Source of the DNA: Octopus sinensis
Lineage: Eukaryota
NCBI RefSeq assembly: GCF_006345805.1
Contig: NW_021837025.1
Location: 1 to 64,000, forward strand
Reading direction: 5' to 3'
DNA: 64,000 nucleotides
Below are positions 41,690 through 55,084 of the stretch, piece after piece. A program made the position numbers and the translations under genes. The notes under the pieces are model-generated. The model saw only the letters and a program-made list of their open reading frames with translations, was not told where the DNA came from and searched no databases. Each line of letters opens with the position of its first letter. The stretch's first letter is position 1.

Positions 41690-43910
41690 TTCCTGAAGCC
41701 TTCAATTGAGACTCATGAAGCTCTCCTGGATCGACATCCGGCCGTTCCAAGCGACTCACGAAATCCACCTCTCCCAGGGATTATTCAGTCATTGTCAGTC
41801 TCGGACGATGACATTAATTTTATCCTTCGCTCCAAGCAGCGGGGCGGGTCTAGACGGGCTGCGACCAGGACATTTTAAGGACCTAATCTCGCCGGACACT
41901 GGAAACTCGGGATCACGGCTTCTTTCGTCGATCCGTTCTCTTATCAACAGAATGCTTTCGGGAGATCTTCCAGAGCTAGTCCGTCACTTTTTCTTCTCTG
42001 CAAAACTGATCGCGCTAGAAAAGAAAGGAGGGGGTGTTCGACCCATTGCAGTTGGATCTGTCTTTTGTCGGCTAGCTTCAAAGATGGCATGCAGGGCTGT
42101 TATCCCAACATTAACCCCGCTATTGTGCCCTATTCAACTTGGAGTTGGTACCCCAGGAGGTTGTGAAGTTGCAATACACGGAATCCGTGCATTCAACCAC
42201 ATAAACAACAATACCCCCATATTATTGTTAAATTGGACATCCGTAATGCATTTAACACCATTCGCCGCGACTCTATATTGGAGAACTGTCTTGTCCCGAA
42301 ATATACAACTATGTACTCAGCTCATACGCGAAACCATCCACCCTCGTCCATGGCCCTTACCATATTTCCTCGTCCTCGGAGGTTCAACAAGGAGACCCAT
42401 TGGGTCCTGTTCTTTTTTGCCTTGGAATTAATCACATTGCTAAGAGCTGCTCAACCCCGCTGAATGTTTGGTACCTTGATGACTGCACCCTCGGAGGTCA
42501 TCCCGAAACTGTCTTCAAGACGCTCGTTGACCTAATTCCGAGACTTGAACACTTTAAAAAGTGAAATCATTAATTTTGGGTTCCGTCGTGATGAATTCGA
42601 GGTTATTGTTTCCTCTTTCAGTGAGATAATTCTCGGAGCGTCCATCACGCCTAGTATCAGTCTGGAGATATTAGGCTGCCCATTGACAGATGGTGGAATC
42701 AAGGACGCTCTTGAATCTAATTTGTCCGTCTTAATTTGTTGGATTCACATACAGCCTTCTTCCTGCTCAAAAATGCTCTTGGCATCCAAAAATTAAATCA
42801 TGTGCTACGAGGGTCACCCTGCGTCTTAGAAAATGATCAACTTCATTCTATTAATGTCCTTTTCCGGAAAACAACCGAACGCATCATAAACATCAAATTC
42901 GACGATCAAGGCTGGAAACAAGCTTCCCTTCCTGTCTCCTTTGGAGGTCTTGGCATCCGAAATCCTATCGATGTGTCCCGCATTCCTGTCTTTACTGTAC
43001 AGCAGTCAAACTCTGGTTCAGAAGATTCTCCATTCCCTCCCCGAATCTTCAATACCTAAGATGACTGCCTACTTTGACAGTTGGAGCGCAAACGAATCGA
43101 AGCTGCCGTCGGACTTGTCCTTACAGAAGAGTTATGACATGATTGTGTGCGAAGGTCGGTTCGAGAGTCTCCTAAAGACATCGAATCAACACCGTAGATC
43201 ATGCTTGCTTACCGGGAGGTCCACGGGGAGTGGAGAATGGTTGGAAGCTTTCCCGATCGGAAGCTTGGGGACTCTCTTGGATTCTGACACACTGCGAGTT
43301 GGTATCTGTCTACGTATCGGTCTCAAAGTTTGTGAACCACACAAATGCCGCTGTGGTGCATCGATTGATCAATTTGGACTTCACCTCTTTCTTGTCGAAA
43401 AAGCGCTGGTAGATTCCCGAGGCATTCAGCTCTCAACGACGTCATAAGAAGAGCTCTCAATTCAATCGGATTCCCATCAGTGCTGGAACCACCTGGATTG
43501 GACCGAGAAGATGGAAAACGCCTAGACGGGATGACTATCTTTCCGTTTTTGGAGGGAAAGCCTCTCGTATGGGATTCAACATGTTCCGACTCCTTGTCCA
43601 AGACAAACATGTTGGAAAGTGCCTGCAATGCTGGCACAGCTGCGGATAAAGCAGAGGACATCAAGAAGAAGAAATATGATGGGCTCACCGGTCGTTACGT
43701 TTTCCGGCCGGTTGCTGTCGAAACCCTGGGATCGATTGGGAAGGAGTCGTTGTCCTCAAGTGTATTGGACGTCTCAAGACCTTGAGAACACACAATCCTC
43801 TGGAGACGAGATGGCTCCTCCAGAAAGTGTCCCAAGCAATAGTGAGGGGAAACAGAATCGCCATCAGTTCTTCTTTACATACATTAATAAATTAATATCG
43901 TGAAAAAAAA
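41690..43910 (+). mobile_element. CRE-like RLE non-LTR retrotransposon (RT, zinc knuckle, RLE), decayed, with an A-tail
   Basis: SGAGLDGLRPGH, GVRPIAVG, QLGVG, DIRNAFNTI, QGDPLGP, WYLDD, CRCG, KRLDGMTIFP..GKPLVWD, AVETLG; A-tract near 43901-43910. Confidence 0.9.
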
Positions 43911-43944
43911 GTTTAATTGACTATTTATTCCCTTCAAAACACAA

Positions 43945-44013
43945 GTTATTGGAGCCTCCTATGGGGGCATGTTGGCCTCCTGGATGAGAATGAAGTACCC
44001 TGCTTACATCACC
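43945..44013 (+). pseudogene. Isolated exon of a peptidase S28 (PRCP/DPP7-like) gene containing the catalytic serine motif
   Basis: VIGASYGGMLASWMRMKYP matches the S28 nucleophile elbow GxSYGGMLAAW.R.KYP. No other exons are recognisable. Confidence 0.6.
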
Positions 44014-44134
44014 AGGTGGTTTTCCTCTCTCAGTTAATCACCTATTTGGTTGAGTGATTATTTCTATACTATTTTCAAATCAATTTACAAACTTAAATTC
44101 ACTGTAACAAACTGTTATATTCAAAATAAAAAAC

Positions 44135-44420
44135 GAAATTACTCTCATCGAAGTGGAAATCATTTCCAAGGACCGCCTGAAGCTGGTTGAAGTTGAAAAA
44201 TGTTATAAATACGATCTTGAGGGCAAGAAGTTGTCCAGCCTATACGGCATCCAAATAAAAATAATTCCACTGTTTATAAGCTGGGACGGGGTCGTTTAAA
44301 AGTTTTTAAAAGACTACATTTAAAAGTAGACACGCAAGTCTAAATGGAAAAGTTGGTATCAAGGACAGAACTCGGATATACAAACAGTCAGTCGTGTTGA
44401 AAAAACCTAGAAAAGTATGA
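44135..44420 (+). mobile_element. R4-like RLE fragment
   Basis: ITLIEVEIISKDRLKLVEVEK.YKYDL...IKIIPLFISWDGVV. Confidence 0.7.
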
Positions 44421-44820
44421 TGGTTCAGCAAAGCAAAATCACTGATGCAGAGATAAATTCATTTATTGATCTCTTAATTAAAGCAATTGGTTCGTATGAA
44501 GACAATATGAAGAGTAGGGGAAAAGGAGTCGTAACTGATTTGGAGGCAGAGGATATTAGAGGGATGTTGCTACTTACTCCTCTAAAATGAAGAGACTAAT
44601 CTCTCGCGGATGATGAAAAATTAAAATCCTAATATTTAGTTTATTCAATTCTTTCAAATTGATATTTCAACCTTAATTAATTCAGCATTCTAAATTGATC
44701 TTTTTTCTTCTGTTTTGAATAAAGTCCATTAAATTAAACATTTCTGGTAATCAAATCTTTTTAATCACGGCAATTGATAACAACACTTAATTTGAATATT
44801 TTTAATAACAGTAAAATAGA

Positions 44821-45783
<963 letters not shown>

Positions 45784-46629
45784 CATTTCATTAATCGATT
45801 TTCTTGTTTGCATAACATAATTTGTCTTGATCATATTTTTCTAGAATGCGTGGTTGTGTTATAATCCTGAAAGCGTCAAGATCGTATGTATTTTTCGTGC
45901 CTTTTAATGCCTTGAAGTTCTTTTGAGGTTACAGTATGTAGTGTTATTCTGGGTCGACTATGTCCCCGAATAGGTGCCATAAATTTTGAAAACAAAATTA
46001 TTGATGCAAAGCTGACCTATTAGAGAAAAATTCTAATTAACATAATATGTGACATGGCGGATGAATACGTATGGGGAACCGGTTACATTCATAATGTCAC
46101 TCTAGCCCGACACCTAACCGCTGTTCCTTAACTTTAAATCAAATTTTGATTTTTTTGGACGTTAACAAAGACAATTAGAATGTCCTAAATATAAATTTTA
46201 AATTAAAATACTTGCATTTTTGATTGAGTTAAACTAGATTTTCAAATTGATTTTCAATATTTTCTAAACACATAATTTGATATAACCTGCAACAAAAGTG
46301 TTGATTTCGCCTATCTATCATCCCTCGATATCTTTCGAAAGGACTCTGATCTGAGAAAAAATGTACAGCTTGTTATAATAGTACACTACATTTTGTTTAA
46401 AAACCTACAATCATCAAAGACTGTAAAAATCCATTTATAATTATTATTTAGAGCTAAAAACTCGTTTATAGATCCAAAAGATCTAGCTAAAATCTTTCAT
46501 TCTGAAAAACATATCCCCAACATACATTAAAGTTTATAAAGACGTAAAAACTCTTACTTGATTTTGAATGAATTTATTATGTGTGTAAAAAAAAATTTAT
46601 TATGTCATTTTTATTAACAAGGTAACTTT

Positions 46630-46790
46630 GTCCACAAAAACAATTTTTCCAAAGCATGAAGAGCAATGTTCAGCAGTACTTCGAGTGTCGACTTATCATG
46701 AGACAAAAGTCTACATCGTCGACATTTATCACTTGAGTGAATGACTCGATCCTCACTAGTTTTCTCACATCTCTTACCACTAATCAATGT
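46630..46790 (-). mobile_element. R4-like zinc-knuckle region relic (tentative)
   Basis: DKCRRCRLLSHDKSTLEVLLNIAL resembles the C..C / L.HD...H.EV...I segment upstream of the RLE. Confidence 0.35.
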
Positions 46791-47389
46791 CTAACTCTAA
46801 TATTCCATATAATATATATGGTGCGTCAGATAGAGCTAATATGAATATCATTTCATCAGGATATCAATTATCATCATTCGCAAACAGACAATATTAATGT
46901 GGAACAAACACAACACAAAACAAAAAACGGAAAGTCGCGTGAAATAAAGCAATAGAATTTTTATAAAAATATATATTTGTAATTAAATTGTAAATAAAAG
47001 ATACACATAGTCAAAAAGGTTTACCTATATTTTTTCCTATAGGAATCCCAGAAGTTTTACATTCCGTATTCAGAAGATCTCGCCTGCTGTTTTATGAAGG
47101 AATTGTCTCTCAATCCTGTAAGCAGATTCTGTTTGGTGTTCTTTTTTTGTTATTGTTTTTCCTATCAAATATATAGGGAAAAATTGTCCTTTTTAAATTA
47201 CGAAGAAGACAGGTTATTCCGATTTAATTAAATATATATTTTTAGAAAAATTCTATTGCTTAAATTCACATTCATTTACGATCCAAAACGACTGGGAATT
47301 AACACAACGGTTTTTGAAAAATTGCTTATTTAAAGGGATACAAATTTTACAAAACTGTAAATTTAATACAGAACACGTTGCGACACATA

Positions 47390-47650
47390 CAAAGGAACTT
47401 GAAATTCTAAATTACGTTGAATTTCCCATTGGAGAAGTATTTTCGAATTTAACCAACTTGGGCTCATTGTAATCAACATTCATTAATATCAGTTACTGTA
47501 GTGGAAACTCGTTGACGAGAATACTAAACAGCTTATTTGAAAACTTGAATCACTAGAGTACTAAGATTATGCAGTAATCTTCGTTACCTGGATGTAGATG
47601 CCTTTGCAAGTCTACGCAGTTTAAAAGCTTTGTACAAATCCTATAAAGTG
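47390..47650 (+). pseudogene. Decayed leucine-rich-repeat gene fragment
   Basis: VFSNLTNLGSL*, SGNSLTRILNSLFENL, RVLRLCSNLRYLDVDAFASLRSLKALY in shifted frames. Confidence 0.5.
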
Positions 47651-47797
47651 ACATGCCATCAAATATTATTTTCTTTCGCCAAAAATCGGTCCTCCACTCC
47701 GTTTTTAATATTTTAAATTACTGACTGTGTAAACGCCCCGTGGAATCGTTGCCTTCCTTCACTGTAAAATTAAGTTTGAAATTCAAAAAATTATATT

Positions 47798-48560
47798 TTA
47801 AGAAAATTCCAAGATTCTACCAAAGGTTAGGGTTCTGATTCCTTGTGGTGTGTCCACGGCGATAACCAGAGACTTGTTGGCACCGTTGCTGGCTCTCATC
47901 CTCATGATCAACTCCAAGACGGGGATGTGGGCAGAGGGGGGTACACACCACACCACATGACTCGAATGACAGACGAGGGGCACATCTATTGTATTCGATG
48001 GTGGCTAACCAGGGTAAAGTGTCAGGTCGCCCCCGTATTTGATTCCCGGACAGACGACCAACCCCAACGATCCAAAGTAGTCCTCACAGTTCTCACGCCT
48101 ATTTTGTTTTACTAAAGAGTTGGTAGTGTCGGAATAATTGAGGGTTGTGTTGGTTGGATATTGTTCTCCACTGTGATGCATACAGCTATTTATTACATTT
48201 TCGGGCAATGATAGTCCAATTTATTATATTATTAGATTAATGACCGGTCTGCCACAATAGCACATGACTACTTCCACTGCAAAGGTTTGTTCCCGTCGTG
48301 GGGCACTTCCTTGTAGACGTACTTGAGTGTGTTGATCCTCTCTCTCACTCAACCCACCCCCAAAGGAGTCCACCTTCCCTCGGAACAGCTCTGCGATATC
48401 AGCATTCCTATTTCCTTCTGAGAACTGACTAAGCCACCTTCGAATCGCCCGAGGTGTTTGGACGTAATTTCCTATATGAGGGGGTACTTTTCGACGAGGG
48501 TCTTCAATTGAGAGAGGGTGATGCAGGTTTTGTCCTCAGCTGTCCAAACAGTCAGGTCCT
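47798..48560 (-). CDS. TSEN34: tRNA-splicing endonuclease subunit Sen34; start not resolved
   Basis: GIKYGGDLTLYP|DVPLVCHSSHVV...IPVLEL...R...NKSL (intron 47986-48009) retains the Tyr/His/Lys catalytic positions. Upstream LTVWTAED resembles the Sen34 N-terminus. Confidence 0.75.
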
Positions 48561-48624
48561 TTTAAAAATTAATGATGGTAAATAAGTTAAAATAAAAATT
48601 AATATTTAAGAATAATTAGTCAGT

Positions 48625-49649
48625 ATGGCCATCTCACATTTGTTGTTTAACAGCAAAGTATTATTAATTGCCTTGTTGACTATCCTCGTTTTCTATGGAA
48701 TACTATCAGTGCCCGAGTCCCCCACAATCAGCCACCGAGAACTAATGTGCACTCTCCTCGAGGCTCTCAACAATGGGGCAGAACAGGTCCGGTCAGGGAA
48801 GGCCTTCACGGAACATTCGAAGGGGTTTTCGGACGGGTTCAACCAACCAGTCACCTCAACTGACATTGATTCCAACAATCACATTTTGTCCACTCTTGAT
48901 TATCATTTGGGGGGCAAAATTAGAGTGAGGAGTGAAGAAGGAAGAACAAGAGCAGTGGCGATAAGTGGTAATGTGACGTGTGACTTGGACTCCCCGACCA
49001 ACATGGAGTACCCCACAGAGGACATGACAATATGGATCGACCCCCTCGACGCCACCCAGGAATTCACTGGTTGCCCGATGTGTGCAAATTGTCGTAGAAG
49101 GTCTGTTGGAGTATGTGAGCGTGATGGGGTGTGTGGTCGTGGGGGGGCAGCCCGTCATCGGCATCGTCATCTTCCCCTTTCAACACCCGTCTCGTCGAAC
49201 ATGTGACCGACTTGTGGGAGGGCGTAGATTGGGGGTACCACTCCGACGGGAAGGGACGAAGCAATGTCCTCCTCTCCACTGGGGGTGCCACTCCCTACCA
49301 ACTGGTCATGTCCCGCTCACACGCGTCCAAATCGGCCTTTTCCCAGATGGACGTGAATGTGACGCGGGCGGGGGGATCGGGTGAGTGGGGGACTTGACTG
49401 GCAGGGTACAAGAGTCTGCGTGTGCTGGAGGGGCAGTACGACCTGTATTTGCACACATCCCGCATCAACAAGTGGGATTTGTGTGCTCCCGATGCATTGG
49501 CCAGGTCGAGTGGAGGCCGCATGGTCGACCTGGACATGAACCCTGTCGACTATGACCACGACCACGTCCATCGATCGGGGGTTCTCGTGTATAGGGATGC
49601 AGAGGTTGTCAATATCCTCACTCCCGCCCTTCAACAATTACGCAATTGA
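48625..49649 (+). CDS. BPNT2: Golgi PAP phosphatase / inositol monophosphatase 3
   Basis: N-terminal TM anchor, PVTSTDIDSN, VRSEE, IWIDPLDATQEFT, VSRSH-like, GYK, INKWDLCAPDAL...GGRMVDL. Confidence 0.85.
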
Positions 49650-49740
49650 CAACTGGTGTTATTGTCCCCATTCTTTTACATTTATCACACAATTCAAGTC
49701 CAACAACAGAGGGGGGTTTCTCACGGGGTCTGCCTCCTCC

Positions 49741-49960
49741 ATGAAAGATAGCACGTGGACTGCGATTTGTCATTGTTGGCCTCGTCGGCAGTTGGGATCC
49801 CGTCATATGCTGGTTGTTCCATGGGTGCCTAATGCTAATTATGGTTGATGTGTAACGACGAGGGAAGGTTGGACATTTTGACTGTGTGGTACATTCGAGC
49901 ACCGTCCGTAAAGGAGAGGAATCGGTGGGTTGGACATAACCGTGCCCAACGCATCAACCA
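49741..49960 (+). pseudogene. CERT/FAPP/OSBP-type PH-domain relic
   Basis: STWTAICHCWPRR (cf. SKWTNYIHGWQDR) and DEGRLDILTVWYIRAPSVKERNRWV (cf. DECRFDI...VWYLRA...R.QW), with intervening stops and no clean intron solution. Confidence 0.4.
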
Positions 49961-50829
49961 ACATGACAGGAGGGACAAGTACGACTTTTTAGATTTTGAG
50001 TATCGTCATTTTCGGTATCTTTTATTTCCATTTCACATTTCTCCATGTTTTCGTCATTTTTAAGAATGTTTCGTCAATAAACTCATCTTTTATTCTTAAC
50101 TCTATGATTTCTTCCAGGTCAGTTACATCAATTCATCTAGTATTTCTCCGAATCCCGAGATTTCACACGAAAAATCATCAATAATTCCACATTTGATTAT
50201 TCCTGTGTCCAATGGTTGTAATCTTGTTGAGTTGTTTGGAAAAAATAGATTCAATCGTATATCGTTAAGTTTTCCCACTTCTTCCTAATACTCTAGTAAA
50301 CGTGCACTTCTGAGTTGACAGTCGAGAACTGCTATTCACTGTTATTATAAGCTGTCTAAAATTTTAAGTGTTTTGGATGAAGCATTCTTGACTGGCTTAA
50401 CCAAACACGTTCTTTTTTGATTTGAGTTGTTCTGTAAAGTTCTGTTTGAGGGATTCCAGCATTTTTAAGCTTCGACGTAAGTATATTCTTTATTCTCCAC
50501 GAGATACCTTCACAGACTTATAATGTAGTCATGGAATATCAAACTGGAGTTTTGAGTACATAAAAATAAATCTTAATAATTTATATAACCCCATTCCCTG
50601 GAAATTAAGACTTTATACAACCCTTTCAATGTGTTGGCGAGTATTTTGACTGTACGTTATCCCGAGTATTTTGACTGTTTTGGTGTGGGGAATTTGAATA
50701 TTGTTAATTTTGATTGTCGAAGTGAAATTGTGTTCTCGTGTATTACTTGTTAGAAGAGTGACTGATGATTTGGTTGGTGATAGGGATAGCCCGTTTAGAG
50801 TAATCCAGTTATATTCTCAATAATGAGGA

Positions 50830-51590
50830 CCTTCCCGCCATAAAAATTAACAAAAATATTTTTTGGATTTTGGTTAAAATGTTCAGCACGCATTTTCTTG
50901 ACTCACATGATCAAGTCCTTGAAACTTTCCTACCAAAAAAATTCTACATTTTGGTTAAAATGAGCAACAAGCATGTTCTCGAATTACATGATGCGGTCCT
51001 TTAAACTTTCACGCCAAATAAAATAAAAAAAATTGTTCTCTATTTTGGTTAAAATAAACAACGAGAATGTCCTCGACACGCATGATGAAATCCATTAAAT
51101 GTTTTCTCTTTAAAATTAAATGCCAATATATCATTATCGATTGTGAATTAAATTTAAAAAAATAAAAACGAAAAAGAAAAGAAGATACCACAAAATCCAA
51201 AAAGGAAAACTTCAAATATGCCACGGAATGAAGTTAGTTATCAAAATTTGATGGCCAACGTAATGGAAGAGACGATATTAACATGCAAGATTGTTGATTG
51301 GTGTGTTTTATTGGAATGTTTGATTAGTGTGTTTGTGTAGGTGAGGATGTTTATATTCCACGAATTTTGGTTTGTTTTTAGAGAGCGGTGCTTTTTCCAT
51401 GGACAGCTGTATGTGGGATGTTTGAGGGTAGGCAGAAGAGAAAAGTTATTCATATATGCCAAGGAAGGAGGGACAATAAACATTGTTTATTAACAGTCGT
51501 TAGAATAGGGTTACATCAAACCAGGTCGTTTAATATATTAGCTTATAGTTTTTTGATGAAACAGGCCTTCCGCAGGAGCAAGGTCCGGTC
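50830..51590 (+). mobile_element. Second, more decayed Helitron derivative
   Basis: Degenerate 94-bp-type units, then FFHGQLYVGCLRV and a 3' region nearly collinear with 8800-9010. The terminal hairpin and CTAG are missing. Confidence 0.8.
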
Positions 51591-51804
51591 TGTTTTTGCG
51601 GTTTTATAATGAAAACAATATTACCTTGGAGGTTCACATAGAATGGAAGATCAAAATAATTCAATTACCAAGTCGTTTCCAAGTTTAAGAACTACATTGA
51701 CATGTTATTGGGACATGGTGTGTCGTAAGAGAGTATGATTGTCCAATTGGGCACAAAGATGTTCTCATTAATTATTAAACAAATGTCGTTTTAAATAGCA
51801 AAAG

Positions 51805-52635
51805 TCAGGCATGGACCAACTCCAACTGGTCGAAATCAACAGAATGGAGCAAATGGACGGCCCTGTCAATAAAGGAGGCGTGTTGTGAGTCCCCCTCGGC
51901 CACGATCTGATTCATGGACTGCATGTAGGCATCGACGGTCTCCAAACACACAGACTGGGAGGACCCTACGACGAACAAGCCTCCCCACCTGGCAATGGCA
52001 GATCCCTGAACATGTCACACAAAGTGTTCCTCAGTTTGCTCAAATGAGCCTCCAATATGGCATTGTTGGCCATCTGCTGGGAGTGCTCCTCCTCCAACTT
52101 GGCACTCGTCGACTTTAACTTGTCGATGGCTGCGTGGAGGGTCGCGTTCTTCTCCTCCAGGTCGGTGATCTCGCAGCGGAGGGATTTGAGTTCGTTCTCC
52201 CGCACTGCCGTCAGTCAACAAACAACCCCGGTTGTGCTCGATGAACTCCTCCGTGAAAATGGGCACCGTGAAGAACGGAGTCACCGCCGCCGACTCCTCC
52301 TTCGTCGCCCCCCTCACACTTATTTCCTTCGTCCTCCGTTTCCTTGGACCTCCGTGTTTTCGCGGCAGAGGCTTGTTCTTCAGGTTGGCTTGGCGAATGT
52401 ATTTCTGGAATGAAATATATCTTCACTCTTTTGCGGTAGTCTGGCAGGCGTGTCCACTCCAGTGATATTTGTTGTGGAGAACTGGCCTCCTTCCCCATTT
52501 CCTTTCTTCTCGCTATTTCGAAGCGTTTGAATGCTGGTGGGGTAGACGGGGATGACTACCTTCTCGTTCGTCCTCATTTATAGAGATCTCTGTCATGCAA
52601 TATGGTACTGCATTATCCATCTCCACGTCGTCCAT
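51805..52635 (-). CDS. HMG20: HMG20A/B (iBRAF/BRAF35)-like HMG-box protein
   Basis: Divergent HMG box PSTPPAFKRF..RR...EWTRLP..KR|KYI; VPIFTEEFIEHN; RENELKSLR...EEKNATL; LPLPG|SSQSVCLETVDAYM (intron 51966-51988). Confidence 0.85.
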
Positions 52636-52871
52636 GTTTGTCAAAAGTTTATTTAAATAAATTATTTAAATAATAACAATTGTTCTACATATTTTATAAA
52701 TCCATAAAAGGACACAATCATTCCTAAACAGGTGTGGGCGTTAACTGAGGGGGAGCTAAATGGAGATAGCCTACTTTTCTCAAAATCACAATCCTAAAAA
52801 TTAAAACTTGTTTATTAATATAAATTAAAAAGTATTTTATTTCATAAAAATATTGTTGTTTCTTGTGGTGT

Positions 52872-55084
52872 ATGATTCGTGATCTTCAATGTGCCTCCGA
52901 AATGGCCGATTCTCTCACACATAAAATAGGACATTCCCAGGAGGGGAGTGGGGGACAGCGTGTGTGGGGTGGCCTGAACACTCCCGACCACCCGTCAATC
53001 GTCATGGTTGGTCATATCATATATTTAGCGCCAATTGGAGTCGAACAGAAGAGATTCGTTGTTGGGCATTCTGGACGACTGTCGACTGCACGTTGGAATG
53101 TACTTAATGTGTAGATCATGAGGGAGGCTGAGGAGTATTTGGGGAGAAGGATGGAGGAGACGTGGAATAAGTGCAAATCACAAGTCTTTTCCCACTCTTC
53201 CCTGTCCTTGTCGGTATGTTCTACCACAAAGAGCAGAATAGAGTGACCTGAGTGAGAAAACAGTCCTCCACCAAAGTGAGTACGTCCGCAATTATGTCTC
53301 CACAATAAAAGAATTTTGTCATGAAATATTCGAAAAGCAGTCGAGGGCGTGTCTGATGGACATGTTCCTGAATTGCCCCAGTCGGCCTCCCCCAGTTGTG
53401 TCCATTCAGCAGTCTAGAATGTCTACGATCTGTGGAGGATTATCAGCAAACTCAGTTCGGGTGTGTCCTCTGCAGAGCGAATTGACCTTTCGTTGGACTA
53501 TCTGCACGAGAGGTGTCATTTAGTGGTGGATGGGCAGTTTCATGTCTAAACTGGAGTGTGGTGGACTGCCGGGCATTCTGGACATGACTCGGTCGATGGG
53601 GATAAGTGAGGACTACGAGGTGGAGTAGTGTGGATATGAGTAGGACGGGATAGTGGAGGGAGTCCCCCTCTGGCAAGTCATCTTCTACTGTCTCCGAGGG
53701 AGGGTGTACGACGTGGTCACTCAACTGCTCTCCTCCATGGTCCCCAATGACCCTCTCTCCCTCTGTCTCCTCTCACACATTCGAGGGGAGGCAGTGCAAA
53801 CAGACCGACTGGCACTCCCCTCCGATAAATACAAACGACTGATTTGTTTGATGTTGTTGGGGGAGAGTGGGAGTGTCCACGTCGAGGGGGACGACTGGTT
53901 GTGGTGGACACTCTCTCTCCTCAGGAAGGATGGGGGCACTCAATACTTGTCTATGGGGGACTGCACAGATCTAAGAGTGCTACTTTTGTCGGGACAGTTC
54001 ACTCAAGTCATGTCCGCACTGGACAATTGTGACCCCCCTTTCTTTGTTCACTCCCTTCCTCTGGTCCTCATGCTCATCCAGAGTGGGGTACTGGCCAACA
54101 GTCCGGAATGTTCTCGAATGTGCTGGCGGGTGTTGAAGACCTACGTGTTCAGGTTTCTGAAGGGGGATTTGGGAGGGACGTTGGACTGTCTCTCCTTCCT
54201 GTGGTTGGCTGGTGGTGTGACGTGCAGTCCCCTCTCCAATGGGAATAATATGTTTGTGGAGACGGTGGCCTCCCTCATCAATCACACCAATTTTGAGGTC
54301 ATTTTGGGGAAGAGGGGTGGGGGATATGGACTGATTGACAAGTACTTCGACAGTCCTCGCTCGTTCGTCCTCTCCCTGGCCGACCATTTGAGGGAGAACA
54401 GACAGGTGGAGAATGCCATTCATGCATACAACTTGGCCAATGTTGTGTCCTTTGTGAGTGTAGAGTGTTGACGAGTGTCTGGACTTGTTTTTCGAGAATT
54501 ATCTCATCCTCCTCTCCAAACAGGACAGTCCGGAGAGAAGGAGTTTGGAATCAGTGGGACTCCACTTGGCCGAAAAGTACTCCTCCATGTATTATTCAGT
54601 TACCGGAAAGAGGAAGTAAGACATGAGAAAGTGCAGAGTTTGTACATCATCCTCGACCTGACCACGTTTTATAACTTGTTCAACCAGGGGGACTACGAGG
54701 AGTCCATTAATGTATTGTCCTACTCCCAGCCATAGTTAATCGAGGCCATCGGACTCTTCCCCCTCTCCAACTCACTCGTCCACTCCAAAGTCCAGCGGTT
54801 TGCCAAACTGTCGGCTGAGGTTGCATTGGGAGTCATGTCTGGTAGGTCAGGTGGTGTATGTGTGATTTGTTATTGGCCAATATGATGGCCATCCAACACA
54901 TCTTCCTCACACTCTCAAATGCTTCGGTTCATTCCCTTTCATATTCCAGGCCAAATGTCTATTGAAGAAGAAGGGGAGGGCTCTCATTAGTTATGTCGGA
55001 CATTTGCCCTACCAGTTCCCACCTGAGTTCACTGCCAAGTTGATTGAGATCGAGTCGTCTTTGCTTGTCGAGTCTCCCGTCTAG
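52872..55084 (+). CDS. NUP93: Nucleoporin NUP93/Nic96; start approximate
   Basis: VEGVPLWQVIFYCLRG, DDWLWWTL, LLLSGQFTQV, FYNLFNQGDYEE, C-terminal GHLPYQFPPEFTAKLIEIE; many mini-introns. Confidence 0.8.
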
